A stretch of DNA of 64,000 nucleotides, taken from NCBI GenBank assembly GCA_963667465.2, contig CAXXDN010000002.1, positions 1,184,001 through 1,248,000 of the forward strand, read 5' to 3'. How positions within the stretch are numbered: position 1 is the first letter of the stretch; each line of letters opens with the position of its first letter. Position numbers and translations under genes: made by a program. This DNA comes from Dehalococcoidia bacterium (GTDB lineage Bacteria; Chloroflexota; Dehalococcoidia; UBA2979). Of the stretch, positions 9,097-19,482 are shown in pieces. The notes beneath the pieces were generated by a model. The model was not told where the DNA came from and did not search any database. It worked only from the letters and a program-made list of their open reading frames with translations.

Positions 9097-10071
9097 ATGG
9101 CGGATCGCGGCATCGACATACCGAGCCGGCTGGACAAGCTGCACCTCGAGGTCTACGAGGGCATGCCGGAGCGCGAGCTCGACGTCAACGACATCCCCGG
9201 CTCCGTCGCGGCGATGCGCGAGCACTCGGCCCAGCGTGCGATCGAGCCGCTGCCCGAAGGCGTGACCACCGAGGACCGCTACGCGCCCGGCCCGGACGGC
9301 GCGCCGGACGTGCTGGTGCGGCTCTACCGCCCGGACGGCCGCGAGCCCGGCGGGCCGGCCTTCTACTGGATTCACGGCGGCGGGATGATCGTCGGCAGCG
9401 TCGACGGCAACGACGGCTTCTGCGGACAGCAGGCGCGGGACCTCGGCATCCTCGTCGCCTCGGTCGAGTACCGGCTCGCGCCGGAGCACCCCTACCCCGC
9501 ACCGATCGAGGATTGCTACGCCGGACTGAAGTGGTTCGCCGGAGCCGCCGGGGAGCTCGGCATCGACCCGGCGCGGATCGCCATCGGGGGCGGGAGCGCG
9601 GGCGGCGGGCTCTGTGCCGGGCTCGCGCTGCTCGCTCGCGACCGGGGCGAGATCGAGGTCTGCTTCCAGTTGCTCGTCTACCCGATGATCGACGACCGCA
9701 ACAGCTCAAACAGCAGCCACGCGATCACCGACCCGCGGCTCTGGAACCGCGAGAAGAACCTGATCGGCTGGGGCTCCTACCTCGCCGGCAACAACGGCGG
9801 CGACGACGTCCCGGTCTACGCGGCTCCGGCTCGGGCGACCAACCTCGAGGGGTTGCCGCCCGCCTACATCAACGTCGGCGCGCTCGACCTCTTCGTCGAC
9901 GAGAGCATCGACTACGCGCAGGCGCTGAACGCGGCGGGCGTGCGCACGGAGCTGCACGTCTACCCCGTCGCCTTCCACGGATCGCCGAACAGCGTCTCAG
10001 AGTCGCCGATCTCGCAGGCCTGGGCCGCAGATCAGCAGAACGCGCTGCGCAGCGCGCTGTTCGGCGACTGA
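9097..10071 (+). CDS. HSL-family alpha/beta hydrolase (esterase/lipase)
   Basis: HGGG oxyanion motif, YRLAPEHPYPA, GGSAGG nucleophile, D...FH. Confidence 0.92.
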   Translation: MADRGIDIPSRLDKLHLEVYEGMPERELDVNDIPGSVAAMREHSAQRAIEPLPEGVTTEDRYAPGPDGAPDVLVRLYRPDGREPGGPAFYWIHGGGMIVGSVDGNDGFCGQQARDLGILVASVEYRLAPEHPYPAPIEDCYAGLKWFAGAAGELGIDPARIAIGGGSAGGGLCAGLALLARDRGEIEVCFQLLVYPMIDDRNSSNSSHAITDPRLWNREKNLIGWGSYLAGNNGGDDVPVYAAPARATNLEGLPPAYINVGALDLFVDESIDYAQALNAAGVRTELHVYPVAFHGSPNSVSESPISQAWAADQQNALRSALFGD

Positions 10072-10098
10072 CCGGGGACTGAGCGCCGGGGGGCGCCG

Positions 10099-10899
10099 CT
10101 ACGTCAGCTCGGCGGGCGTTAGCTCGAACTCCTCGAGCACCTCGGCGGTCGTCACGATCCGGCCGCTGATCATCGAGGGCTCCGTGACGGCGAGGCGCAG
10201 GCACGCCTCGGCGACGTCCTCAACCGGCGTCACGAGGTGCTTGTTCGCGTCGGTGATGATCCCGAAGTACTCGACACCCGGGGTGGCGATCAGTCCCGGC
10301 TGGATCGCGTTCACGGCGATCGCCGGCTGCTCGGCGGCGAAGCCGGTGCTGAAGCGCTCCAGCGCCGACTTGCACATGCCGTAGATCGTGCTGCCCCGAA
10401 CCTCGGCGCCCAGTTCAGGGTGCAGCGCTGAGCCGGATGACATGTTCACGATCGCGCCCTGGCCGCGCTCGCGCATGCCGGCCGCGACCAGCTGCGAGAG
10501 GTGCACGGCGGCGTGCACCTGGATCTCGAACATCACCCGTTCCTTCTCGGCGTCGAAGGTCTCGGTGTCGTTGTACCAGGTGACCGCGCCATTGTTGACG
10601 AGGATATCGACCGGGCCGAGCTCCGCCTCGGTGGTCTCGATCAGGCGCTCGCGGTCCTCGGCGGACGCGAGGTTGCAGGTGACCGGCAGCGCCTCGCCGC
10701 CGGCGGCCCTGATGCGCGCGGCGACGCCGTTGAGGCTGCCGGTCAGCAGCCGGTGGTCGCCCTCGTTGACCGTGCGGGCCGCCAACGCGACACGCGCGCC
10801 CTCCATCGCGTAGCGCACCGCGATCGCCTCGCCGATGCCTCGCGAGGAACCCGTGACCACCGCAACGCGCCCCTCGAGCTGTCCGCCTTCACCCGCCAT
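10099..10899 (-). CDS. Short-chain dehydrogenase/reductase
   Basis: TGSSRGIG, NNG, YGMCK; start MAGEGG at 10899. Confidence 0.9.
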   Translation of the reverse strand: MAGEGGQLEGRVAVVTGSSRGIGEAIAVRYAMEGARVALAARTVNEGDHRLLTGSLNGVAARIRAAGGEALPVTCNLASAEDRERLIETTEAELGPVDILVNNGAVTWYNDTETFDAEKERVMFEIQVHAAVHLSQLVAAGMRERGQGAIVNMSSGSALHPELGAEVRGSTIYGMCKSALERFSTGFAAEQPAIAVNAIQPGLIATPGVEYFGIITDANKHLVTPVEDVAEACLRLAVTEPSMISGRIVTTAEVLEEFELTPAELT

Positions 10900-11048
10900 C
10901 GTCCGTACCCCCTGCTGCTTCCGATCGCTCACCCCTGCCCGGATGCCGGACAGGGACGGCCTCACCCCGATATGCTGTCGCAGGTCGTGCCTGCGCTGCG
11001 GGCATGACAGTACGACACCCGTGACCAAGCCACGAGGGGAATCCGCAT

Positions 11049-11840
11049 ATGTCGCTCGAGAACAAGGTTGCACTCATCGCCGGCGCCAGCCGGGGCATCG
11101 GCGCGGACGTCGCGAAGTACCTCGCACGCGCGGGCGCGAAGGTCGCCGTGGCCGCCCGCACGGTGGAGGTCACGGATGCCCGCCTGCCCGGCACGATCCA
11201 TTCGGTCAGCGAGGAGATCGCGGCCGGGGGCGGGACGGCGCTGCCGGTGGTCATGAACCTGCGCGACGCCGAGAGCATCACCGGCGCGGTCGATCAGGTG
11301 ATCGCCGAGTGGGGCCGCATCGACATCCTCGTCAACAACGCGGCGATCTTCATCCCCGGGGGGATCACCGACGCGCGCGACCGTCACATCGAGCTGAGCA
11401 TCGCGATCAACCTCGTGGGTCCGATCATCGCGATGCGCGCTGTCGTGCCGCACATGCAGGAGGCAGGCGGGGGGCACATCATCAACGTCTCCTCGCGCGG
11501 CTCGATCATGCCCGGCGTCGGGCCCTACACCGAGGACCAGATCGCACGGGTCGGCGACCTGCTGTACGGGCCGGAGAAGTCCGGCCTCGAGCACTTCTCG
11601 CAGCGCCAGGCGATGGCGCTGCAGGGAGACAACATCGCCGTCAACGTGCTCTCGCCCAACGGCCGCATCAAGACGCCGGGCAATCTCTTCTTCGAGAACG
11701 ACCCGGAGAACCCGACCCTCGACTTCGAGACCGCCGATGACATGGGCAAGGCGACCGTCTGGATGTGCATGCAGGACGCGAGCAGCTACACGGGCAACAT
11801 CGTTTACGACGAAGACGTCGTGCGAGAGCACAACCTCTAG
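11049..11840 (+). CDS. Short-chain dehydrogenase/reductase
   Basis: AGASRGIG, NNAA, YGPEK. Confidence 0.9.
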   Translation: MSLENKVALIAGASRGIGADVAKYLARAGAKVAVAARTVEVTDARLPGTIHSVSEEIAAGGGTALPVVMNLRDAESITGAVDQVIAEWGRIDILVNNAAIFIPGGITDARDRHIELSIAINLVGPIIAMRAVVPHMQEAGGGHIINVSSRGSIMPGVGPYTEDQIARVGDLLYGPEKSGLEHFSQRQAMALQGDNIAVNVLSPNGRIKTPGNLFFENDPENPTLDFETADDMGKATVWMCMQDASSYTGNIVYDEDVVREHNL

Positions 11841-11987
11841 CAGCGGTCCCGCGGGCGCGGTTCGGCCTGCGGCGCGCCGGCGGCGCCGCTGCGGGGGCGT
11901 GTTACGCTCGGCCACGGTCCCGTTCGCGCGCGCCCACGGACGCGCAGCGTCGCTTGCCGGCGTTCCACGCGGGTCCGAGGAGGCCGT

Positions 11988-13352
11988 TTGAGCGAGGAGC
12001 GCGCCGCGGGCGCCCGCGAGGCACGGGATTCCGGAACGCTGCGGAGTCCGGTTCGGCCCGGAACCTGGGCCTCCCTCAGGATCAGAAACTACCGATACCT
12101 CTGGCTCGGCCAGGCCGGGCACGCCGGCGGCATCTGGATGGAGCAGATCGCGCGCCCCTTCCTCGTGCTCGATCTCACCGATGGGTCGGCCACTCACGTC
12201 GGCGGCGTCCTCGCGGTGCGCACGGTCCCGCAGTTCATCCTCGGGATGTGGGCAGGCGTGATCGCCGACTCGTTCGACCGGCGATCGGTGCTGCTGGTCG
12301 TGAAGGCGGGCACCTTCCTGCTCAACATCGGCTTCGTCGCGATCCTCGCGCTCGGCCTCCTGGAACTCTGGCACCTCTACGCGTACGCCGTGGTCCGCGG
12401 CACGATGATGGCGTTCGACCAGCCCGCCCGCATGGGCCTCGTGCCGTCCGTCGTGCCCGACACGCACGTCACGAACGCAGTTGCGCTGATGAGCGCGACG
12501 CAGAACACGATGCGCATCTTCGGAGCGGCAGCAGGCGGCATCCTCTACGGCGTCTTCGGGGCGACCGGGGCCTTCGCCCTGATCGCGCTCGTCTACGCGA
12601 TCCCGGTCTTCTCCACGTACATGCTGCGCGTCGCCCCCGTCACGAGCGATGTGAGACGCAGCGCGAGCGGCCTGACCGGCGGGTTGATCGAGGGCATGCG
12701 CTTCTCCTTCTCGCACCCCGCAATCCGCGGCGTGCTGCTGCTCTCGATGATCTACTTCATGTTCGGGATGTCGTTCCTGCAGGTCTTCGCGCCGCTCTTC
12801 GCCGAGAAGGTCTTCGACATCGGCAGCACCGGCTTCGGCGGCATGACGGCGTTGATGGGAGTGGCCGCGCTCCTCGCGTCGCTGTTCATCGCCACCCGGC
12901 AGCCGAGCCGCCTCGGGGCGATCCTGCCGCTGATCACCACGGTGTTCGGCTTCGTCCTGATCATCTTCTCGCTGACCAGCTACATCCCCGGGCCGGTCGG
13001 CTTCATCATCCCGTTCGCGATGCTCGCGATCCTCGGCGGCCTGCAGAGCAGCTACATGTCGCTCTCGCGCTCGGCCCTGCTGCTGACGGCGCCGCCGCGG
13101 ATGCACGGCCGCGTCTTTGGGGTGCTCACGCTCGATCGCGCCTTCATGACCGCGGGCGGGGCGGCCGCGGGGTTCCTCTCCGACAGCATCGGCGTGCAGC
13201 CCGCGCAGATCGGCTTCGGCCTCGTCTGCGCCATCGGCGGCCTCGCGATCTTCGCACTGGCGGGCGAGTTCCGGCGCAGCCGGGCCGGCGCGCACTACGA
13301 GGTGCCCGCGCGTGAGGCGCGCGAGCCCGCCGGAGTGGCCGCGGAGCGCTGA
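11988..13352 (+). CDS. MFS transporter (MFS_3/EntS-like)
   Basis: SLRIRNYRYLWLGQ, GVIADSFDRR motif A, FDQPAR, about 12 TM. Confidence 0.88.
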   Translation: MSEERAAGAREARDSGTLRSPVRPGTWASLRIRNYRYLWLGQAGHAGGIWMEQIARPFLVLDLTDGSATHVGGVLAVRTVPQFILGMWAGVIADSFDRRSVLLVVKAGTFLLNIGFVAILALGLLELWHLYAYAVVRGTMMAFDQPARMGLVPSVVPDTHVTNAVALMSATQNTMRIFGAAAGGILYGVFGATGAFALIALVYAIPVFSTYMLRVAPVTSDVRRSASGLTGGLIEGMRFSFSHPAIRGVLLLSMIYFMFGMSFLQVFAPLFAEKVFDIGSTGFGGMTALMGVAALLASLFIATRQPSRLGAILPLITTVFGFVLIIFSLTSYIPGPVGFIIPFAMLAILGGLQSSYMSLSRSALLLTAPPRMHGRVFGVLTLDRAFMTAGGAAAGFLSDSIGVQPAQIGFGLVCAIGGLAIFALAGEFRRSRAGAHYEVPAREAREPAGVAAER

Positions 13353-13455
13353 TCCGCCTGCCCGGCGCTGCACGCTACTCGCGCGCACTGGTACCCTCGC
13401 ACCCGAGGGCCATCCGTGCCTCGCCTGCGGCGCGTCATGACACCGGGAGGACGCC

Positions 13456-14277
13456 ATGCCTCGCTACCTGATCGTCGCCGACCAGACCGCCACCAGCCCC
13501 GAGCTCGTCGCGAGGGCGAAGGAGCTGTCGGACGAGCACCCCGGCTCGACGTTCGCGCTGCTGCTTCCGGCGCTGCTGCCCTCGCACGTGCGGGGCGGCC
13601 CCTTCGACGCCGTCACGCGCGGCCGCGCCGAGCAGGCGCGCACCATGCTCGAGCGCGAGGGCGTCACCGTGGAGCGCACCACGATCGGCGACGCCGCACC
13701 GCTGCTCGCGATCGAGGACGAGCTCGACGAGCACCCCGGCGCCTACGACGAGCTGCTGCTCTGCACGCTGCCCGCCAGCATCTCCCGCTGGCTGCGCCTC
13801 GATCTCCTCGACCAGGCGCGCCGGCGCTTCGAGCTGCCGATCCGGCATATCGAGGCGCAGCTCCCGAGCCGCCTCGAGTTCCGCCAGGCCACCCTGCGAG
13901 ACCACGAGCGCATCCAGGCGCTGTGGGACGAGTCACGCCTCGAGACGGTCGACGAGGATGAGTGGGAGACGCTGATCACCAGCCCGGGCGCGATCGCGCT
14001 CGTCGCCGAGGAGGAAGGCGCGCTGGTCGGCGCGATCGTCGCCACGGTCGACGGCTGGCGGGCCTACGTCTACCACGTCGCCGTCGTTCCCGCGCGCCGC
14101 CGCCGCGGCGTCGCGCAGGCGCTGTTCGCCGAGGCGCACGCGCACCTCGCGCGGGCCGGCAACCGGATCATCTACGTAATGGTCAACGAGGAGAACGACG
14201 CGGGCATGGCGCTGCTGCGCTCGCTCGGCTACCGCGCGCAGGGCGACATCGTGATGGTGCACCAGCTCGAGGCCTGA
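13456..14277 (+). CDS. Usp-like domain fused to GNAT acetyltransferase
   Basis: N-term YLIVADQT...GDAAPLLAIEDEL...CTLPASISRWLRLDL; C-term GWRAYVYHVAVVPARRRRGVA, N..GMALLRSLGY. Confidence 0.75.
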   Translation: MPRYLIVADQTATSPELVARAKELSDEHPGSTFALLLPALLPSHVRGGPFDAVTRGRAEQARTMLEREGVTVERTTIGDAAPLLAIEDELDEHPGAYDELLLCTLPASISRWLRLDLLDQARRRFELPIRHIEAQLPSRLEFRQATLRDHERIQALWDESRLETVDEDEWETLITSPGAIALVAEEEGALVGAIVATVDGWRAYVYHVAVVPARRRRGVAQALFAEAHAHLARAGNRIIYVMVNEENDAGMALLRSLGYRAQGDIVMVHQLEA

Positions 14278-14378
14278 GCCCGCACCTCTGCCCTCCGCAC
14301 GCCCGATCGGCACACCGCACGGGGCGACCCGCGCCCGCGTATCATGCTGGCTGCGAAGCACCACGGAGGGGGTAGCGC

Positions 14379-15494
14379 ATGACCACCGGACGCATCGTCG
14401 TCGTCAAGGAGTACAACGAGCCGTTCGTCATCGAGGAGTACGACGTCCCCGAACCGGAGCCGGGCGGCATGATCCTGCGCATGACACAGGCAGGCGTCTG
14501 CGGCTCCGACCTCCACACCTGGCGCGGCGACCAGATCAACGTCCCGCTCCCGCCCTCCGGCAAGAACATGGGCCACGAGGGCACCGGCGTCGTCTGGAGC
14601 CTCGGCGCGGGCCGCACCACCGACTCGCTCGGCCGGCCGCTCGAGGAAGGCGACCGCGTGATGTACGCGGCGATCTTCCCCTGCAACAACTGCTACCAGT
14701 GCGGGCGCGGCGAGCACAACTGGTGCTCCGACCGCCAGGCCGGCATCGGCGCGCGGATCGCCGGTGACTGGCCCTACTTCACCGGCACCTACGCCGACTA
14801 CTTCTGGATCCCCGCGAACCACCCCGTCTACAAGGTGCCGGACGAGCTGCCCGACTCCGTCCTCGGCTGGATCAACTGCGCGATGGGCACCGTCACCGAG
14901 GGCCTGCTCCGCTCCGGCCTCGGCGAGGGCGACTACGTCGTCATCCAGGGCGCGGGGGGCCTCGGCCTCAACGCCACCGCGATGGCCAAGGACATGGGCG
15001 CGCACCGCGTGATCGTGCTCGACCGCATCCCCGAGCGCCTCGCGCTCGCCGTGGAGTTCGGCGCCGACCACACGATCAACATCGACGAGTACGACAGCCT
15101 CGAGGCGCGGCGCGACCGCATCTTCGAGCTCACCGACGGACGCGGCTCGAACTACGTGATGGAGCTGGTCGGGCGCGCAGAGCTGCTGGTCGAGGGCCTC
15201 GAGTACCTCACCAACGGCGGCACCTTCATCGAGATCGGCGACATCGTGCGAGGCCGCACGGTGGCCATCGACCCCTCCACGATCTTGCGTGGCAAGAAGA
15301 TCATGGGCTCCTCGATGTACCGGCCGCACCTGCTGCCGGTGATGATGGAGATGCTGGTCAAGAACCTCGACAAGCGGCCGTACACCAAGCTGGTGTCCGA
15401 CAACTACCCGCTCGCCGAGGTGAACGACGCATTCGCGCAGGCCGAGTGGAACGAGCGCCAGACCCGGATCTCGCGCGCGATGCTCGTCCCGTAG
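14379..15494 (+). CDS. Zinc-dependent medium-chain alcohol dehydrogenase
   Basis: GVCGSDLH, GHEG, CNNCYQC...C structural Zn, GAGGLG. Confidence 0.92.
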   Translation: MTTGRIVVVKEYNEPFVIEEYDVPEPEPGGMILRMTQAGVCGSDLHTWRGDQINVPLPPSGKNMGHEGTGVVWSLGAGRTTDSLGRPLEEGDRVMYAAIFPCNNCYQCGRGEHNWCSDRQAGIGARIAGDWPYFTGTYADYFWIPANHPVYKVPDELPDSVLGWINCAMGTVTEGLLRSGLGEGDYVVIQGAGGLGLNATAMAKDMGAHRVIVLDRIPERLALAVEFGADHTINIDEYDSLEARRDRIFELTDGRGSNYVMELVGRAELLVEGLEYLTNGGTFIEIGDIVRGRTVAIDPSTILRGKKIMGSSMYRPHLLPVMMEMLVKNLDKRPYTKLVSDNYPLAEVNDAFAQAEWNERQTRISRAMLVP

Positions 15495-15551
15495 CGGCGA
15501 GGACGCCGCCGCTCCGGGGGCCCGCTACGCCGATCGCGTAGGCTGGCGGCG

Positions 15552-16430
15552 ATGGACGTCTACCTCCTCGACGGCACGTTCGAGTTGTTCCGCCACTTCT
15601 ACGCCGTGCCCTCGCACCGCGACCGCGACGGCAACGAAGCGGGCGCGGTCGTCGGCGTGCTCGAATCGGTGCTGCGCCTCTTCAGCGAGGGCGTCACGCA
15701 CCTCGGCGTGGCGACCGACCACGTGATCGAGTCGTTCCGCAACGACCTCTGGCCCGGCTACAAGACCGGCGAGGGCATCGACCCGGCGCTGTTCGGCCAG
15801 TTCGGCCCGCTCGAGGATGCGCTGCAAGCCCTCGGCGTGCGCGTCTGGCCGATGGTCGACCTCGAGGCCGACGACGCGCTCGCGGCCGCCGCCGTGCTTG
15901 CTGCCGAGGACGCAGCGGTGCGGCGCGTCGTGATCGCGACGCCGGACAAGGACCTCTCGCAGTGCGTCGGCGGCAAGATCGTCCAGCTCGACCGCCGCAA
16001 CCGCGAGACCCGCGACGCGGCCGCCATCGAGGAGCGCTTCGGCGTCCCGCCGCCCGCGATCCCGGACTACCTCGCACTCGTCGGCGACAGCGCCGACGGC
16101 TTCCCCGGCCTGCCCGGCTGGGGCGCGAAGTCAAGCGCGACGGTGCTCTCGCACTACGGCCACATCGAGGCGATCCCCGCCGGCGCCGAGGAGTGGGACG
16201 TGAAGGTGCGCGGCGCGGCGAAGCTGGCCGCCACGCTGGCCGAGCAGCGCGACCTCGCCTTCCTCTTCCGCGACCTCGCGACCCTGCGCACCGATGCCGA
16301 GGTCTTCGCCTCCGTCGAGGAACTGCGCTGGACCGGCCCCACCGCCGGCTTCGCCGCCGTAGCCGAGCAGCTGCGCGCGCCCGCCCTGCTCACCCGCGCC
16401 GAATCGGTCGCCGAGCGCGTGAACGCGTAG
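15552..16430 (+). CDS. 5'-3' exonuclease / flap endonuclease (stand-alone PolA N-terminal-like)
   Basis: LLDG, FRNDLWPGYK, EADD, DKDL, YLALVGDSADGFPGLPGWGAKS. Confidence 0.92.
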   Translation: MDVYLLDGTFELFRHFYAVPSHRDRDGNEAGAVVGVLESVLRLFSEGVTHLGVATDHVIESFRNDLWPGYKTGEGIDPALFGQFGPLEDALQALGVRVWPMVDLEADDALAAAAVLAAEDAAVRRVVIATPDKDLSQCVGGKIVQLDRRNRETRDAAAIEERFGVPPPAIPDYLALVGDSADGFPGLPGWGAKSSATVLSHYGHIEAIPAGAEEWDVKVRGAAKLAATLAEQRDLAFLFRDLATLRTDAEVFASVEELRWTGPTAGFAAVAEQLRAPALLTRAESVAERVNA

Positions 16431-16454
16431 AATCGCCGGCGGACCGGAGGCGTC

Positions 16455-17258
16455 ATGCAGGATTTCGAGGGCAAGGTCGCCGTCATCACCGGCGGGGCGA
16501 GCGGGATCGGCTACGGCATGGCGGAGCGCTTCGCCGCCGCGGGTATGACCGTCGTCCTCGCCGACATCGACGAGGACGCCCTGCCCGAGGCCGAGTCGCG
16601 GCTTGCCGAGCACGGCGCGAGCGCCCTCGGCGTGCCGGTCGACGTGGCCGACCCCGATCAGGTCGACGACCTCGCGCGGCGCGTGCTCGACGAGTTCGGG
16701 GCGGTCGATGTGCTCTGCAACAACGCGGGGGTGAACTCGCCGGACGAGCCGATCTGGGAGATCTCGCAGGAGGACTGGGAGCGCGTCATCGCGATCAACC
16801 TGCGCGGCGTAATCCATGGCATCCGCAGCTTTCTGCCGCACATGCTGGCGCAGGACTCCGCGGGCTGCATCGTCAATACCGCCTCCGCGGCCGGCCTCGG
16901 CTCGCGACCGGGCATCTCGCCCTACGTCGCGACGAAGCACGCCGTCGTCGCGCTCACCGAGTCGCTGCACCACGACCTCGTGGCAGCCGGATCGAAGCTG
17001 CGCGCCGCCGTGCTCTGTCCCGGCCGGATCCGCACGCCGATGATGGCGGCGCACCTGGAGCGCGAGGGCAAGGACGCCGAGGAGGCAGCCGCCGGCTACC
17101 TGCTCCCGAGCCAGGTCGGCGACCTGGTCTTCGAAGCGATCCGCGACGAGCGCTTCTACATCCTCACGCACCCCGAGGGCGAGAAGGATCGCGTCAGGGG
17201 GGCCGCAGACGATATCCTGCTCGGGCGCGACCCGACGCACTCGCCGCCGATTCACTAG
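16455..17258 (+). CDS. Short-chain dehydrogenase/reductase
   Basis: TGGASGIG, NNAG, YVATK. Confidence 0.92.
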   Translation: MQDFEGKVAVITGGASGIGYGMAERFAAAGMTVVLADIDEDALPEAESRLAEHGASALGVPVDVADPDQVDDLARRVLDEFGAVDVLCNNAGVNSPDEPIWEISQEDWERVIAINLRGVIHGIRSFLPHMLAQDSAGCIVNTASAAGLGSRPGISPYVATKHAVVALTESLHHDLVAAGSKLRAAVLCPGRIRTPMMAAHLEREGKDAEEAAAGYLLPSQVGDLVFEAIRDERFYILTHPEGEKDRVRGAADDILLGRDPTHSPPIH

Positions 17259-17291
17259 CCAGCAGCCGCGTCAGCCAGGTCAGGAGCCCGC

Positions 17292-17720
17292 ATGAGCAGC
17301 GAAGCAGTCCTCCAGCCGCAGCCCGAGGGCATCCCGCTCCCGACTCCCTCCACGGTCTCCGAGCCGCACTGGGAGGGCTGCAAGCGCGGCGAGCTGATGG
17401 TGCAGCGCTGCCGCGATTGCGAGGGCTACGTCTTCATCCCGCAGCCGGCCTGCACGCACTGCCAGAGCGAAGACCTCGAGTGGGTGCGGAGCAGCGGCAA
17501 GGGGACCGTCTACAGCTGGACCACCGTCTACCGCCCGCAGCAGCCGAGCTTCGAGACGCCCTACATCTCGGCGATCATCGAGGTGGAAGAGGGCTGGTAC
17601 ATGATGACGAACCTGATCGACATGCCGGTCGACGACGTGCGCATCGGCCTCCCCGTCGAGGTCGTCTTCCACGCCATCAACGACGACACCACGCTCCCCT
17701 ACTTCCGCCCGGCGGGGTAG
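17292..17720 (+). CDS. DUF35/ChsH2-like Zn-ribbon + OB-fold protein
   Basis: WEGCKRGELMVQRCRDC...CTHC, SGKGTVYSWT, EEG..MMTN. Confidence 0.9.
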   Translation: MSSEAVLQPQPEGIPLPTPSTVSEPHWEGCKRGELMVQRCRDCEGYVFIPQPACTHCQSEDLEWVRSSGKGTVYSWTTVYRPQQPSFETPYISAIIEVEEGWYMMTNLIDMPVDDVRIGLPVEVVFHAINDDTTLPYFRPAG

Positions 17721-17747
17721 GCCCCCAGGGGCGGGAGGCCTCCCGGC

Positions 17748-18602
17748 CTACGTGTCCGAGAACGCCGATCCGCGGCGCTCGACGCCGCCGCCCGTGGCGT
17801 GGTCGATCACGCCGCACTCGACGAGGAAGGGCTGGCTGTGGACAACGCGGCCGGAGACGCGCTCGGCGGGCTCGGAGACCAGCCAGAGCGCCGCGTGCGC
17901 CATGTGATCGACCGGCTCTGTCACCACGGCAGCCAGGTGCGCGCCGGGCCCCAGCTCGCTCGCCGTCGCGCCGGGCGTTGGCACCAGGTTCGAGGGCGAG
18001 AGCGCGCTGACGGCGATGCGGTGCGGCCACAACTCGGCCGCCAGCCCCTGCGTGAAGCGCTCCAGCGCCGCCTTCGAGGCCCCGTACATCGTCCCCGCGT
18101 CGACACGCTCCTGCTCCGCGTAGGGCCCGCGCCCGGGACCGCCGGAGCTGCTGGACGAGATGTTGCAGATCGCGCCGCGCCCGCGTTCGATCATCCCCGG
18201 CAGCACGAGCTGCGAGAGGTAGAACGGCGCGTGGATGTTGACGTCGAAGCCCAGCTTCCAGCGGCGCAACGGGAACTCCGTGAGCGGGTGGTAGGTAGTC
18301 ATCGCGGCGTTGTTGACGAGCACGTCGACGCGCCCGAAGGCGTCCAGTGTCTGCTCGACGATCGCCTCGCAGCCTTCCTCGCTGCCGACGTTCGCCTGGA
18401 TTGCGAGCGCCGTGCCGCCTGCCTGTTCGATCGCCTCGATCGTGCCGCGCAGGGAGCCCTCGAGGCGGTGGTCGCCCTCCTCCAGCGTGCGGGCGACACA
18501 GGCGACCTGCGCCCCCTCGGCGGCGAACAGCTCAGCGATCGCCCTGCCGATGCCGCGGCTGGTCCCCGTCACGATCGCCACCCGGTCGTCGAGCCGGCCC
18601 AT
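17748..18602 (-). CDS. Short-chain dehydrogenase/reductase
   Basis: TGTSRGIG, NNAA, YGASK; SD GGAGG before ATG 18602. Confidence 0.9.
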   Translation of the reverse strand: MGRLDDRVAIVTGTSRGIGRAIAELFAAEGAQVACVARTLEEGDHRLEGSLRGTIEAIEQAGGTALAIQANVGSEEGCEAIVEQTLDAFGRVDVLVNNAAMTTYHPLTEFPLRRWKLGFDVNIHAPFYLSQLVLPGMIERGRGAICNISSSSSGGPGRGPYAEQERVDAGTMYGASKAALERFTQGLAAELWPHRIAVSALSPSNLVPTPGATASELGPGAHLAAVVTEPVDHMAHAALWLVSEPAERVSGRVVHSQPFLVECGVIDHATGGGVERRGSAFSDT

Positions 18603-18755
18603 CTGCGCCTCCGTCCGTCGCACTCACCCGTCGCGGCATCGTCGCCGCCTCGCGAGCACTCTAGGGCGACGCGGGCGGGGGTGCATCGCGAGGCCGCGGC
18701 GCGGCGCGGCGTGTCTTGCCGCTCGTTACCCCATCGCGCACACTGGATTCGCCGC

Positions 18756-18831
18756 TCCCCGATAGCTCAATTGGTAGAGCGAGCGGCTGTTAACCGCTAG
18801 GTTCGTGGTTCGAGTCCACGTCGGGGAGCCA
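18756..18831 (+). tRNA. tRNA-Asn (GTT)
   Basis: TCCCCGA acceptor stem, anticodon arm AGCGG-CTGTTAA-CCGCT, GTTCGAG T-loop, encoded CCA. Confidence 0.97.
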
Positions 18832-18926
18832 GCTCTTATGTCCACACTGGGCCTCTGAAGCACAGCGGGCAGGAGCCCGGACTATCAGCGCGGCCCGGGA
18901 ATTCACACCGGCGGCGCGGCCTCCGG

Positions 18927-19475
18927 CTACGCGTTCGAGGCGATCCGCTGCACCCGCTCGCGCCAGTCGTCCGCGGCGAGGTCCACGATCTCCGCCTGCG
19001 GCGGCTTACCCGCCTCGAGGGTCAGATAGGCGACGTGGCCGAGGCGCGGGCTCATGTTGCGCGGCAGCGTCGCGCTGCCGGGGTTCACTACCAGGATCTC
19101 CTCCAGCCAGTCGATCCGCTCGAAGTGCGTGTCGCCGCAGACGATGATGTCGGGCCGCGCGCCGCCCAGGTACTGGTTGAGCAGGCGCTGCAGCTCCCAG
19201 TTGAGCGGCTCGAAGATGTGGAGCAGCGCGATCGAGAAGCCCTCGAGCTCCAGGAAGTGCACCGGCTCGATCCGCGGGTCGGCCTTGAGGTGCGGGTCGT
19301 GGTTGCCCTCGGCGGCGTAGATCGGCGCGATCTGCTCCAGCTCGTCGAGCACGCGCGCCACCACCAGATCACCGGCGTGGAAGATCAGGTCGACGCCCTC
19401 GAGCGCCTCGATGATCTCCGGGAAGATCCGCGGCGCTTCGGGGACGTGCGTGTCGCTGAGGATGCCGATCCGCAC
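18927..19475 (-). CDS. YfcE/MJ0936-family metallophosphoesterase
   Basis: SDTH, HAGD, GNHD, GDTH, NPGS. Confidence 0.9.
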   Translation of the reverse strand: MRIGILSDTHVPEAPRIFPEIIEALEGVDLIFHAGDLVVARVLDELEQIAPIYAAEGNHDPHLKADPRIEPVHFLELEGFSIALLHIFEPLNWELQRLLNQYLGGARPDIIVCGDTHFERIDWLEEILVVNPGSATLPRNMSPRLGHVAYLTLEAGKPPQAEIVDLAADDWRERVQRIASNA

Positions 19476-19482
19476 GCCTGCC

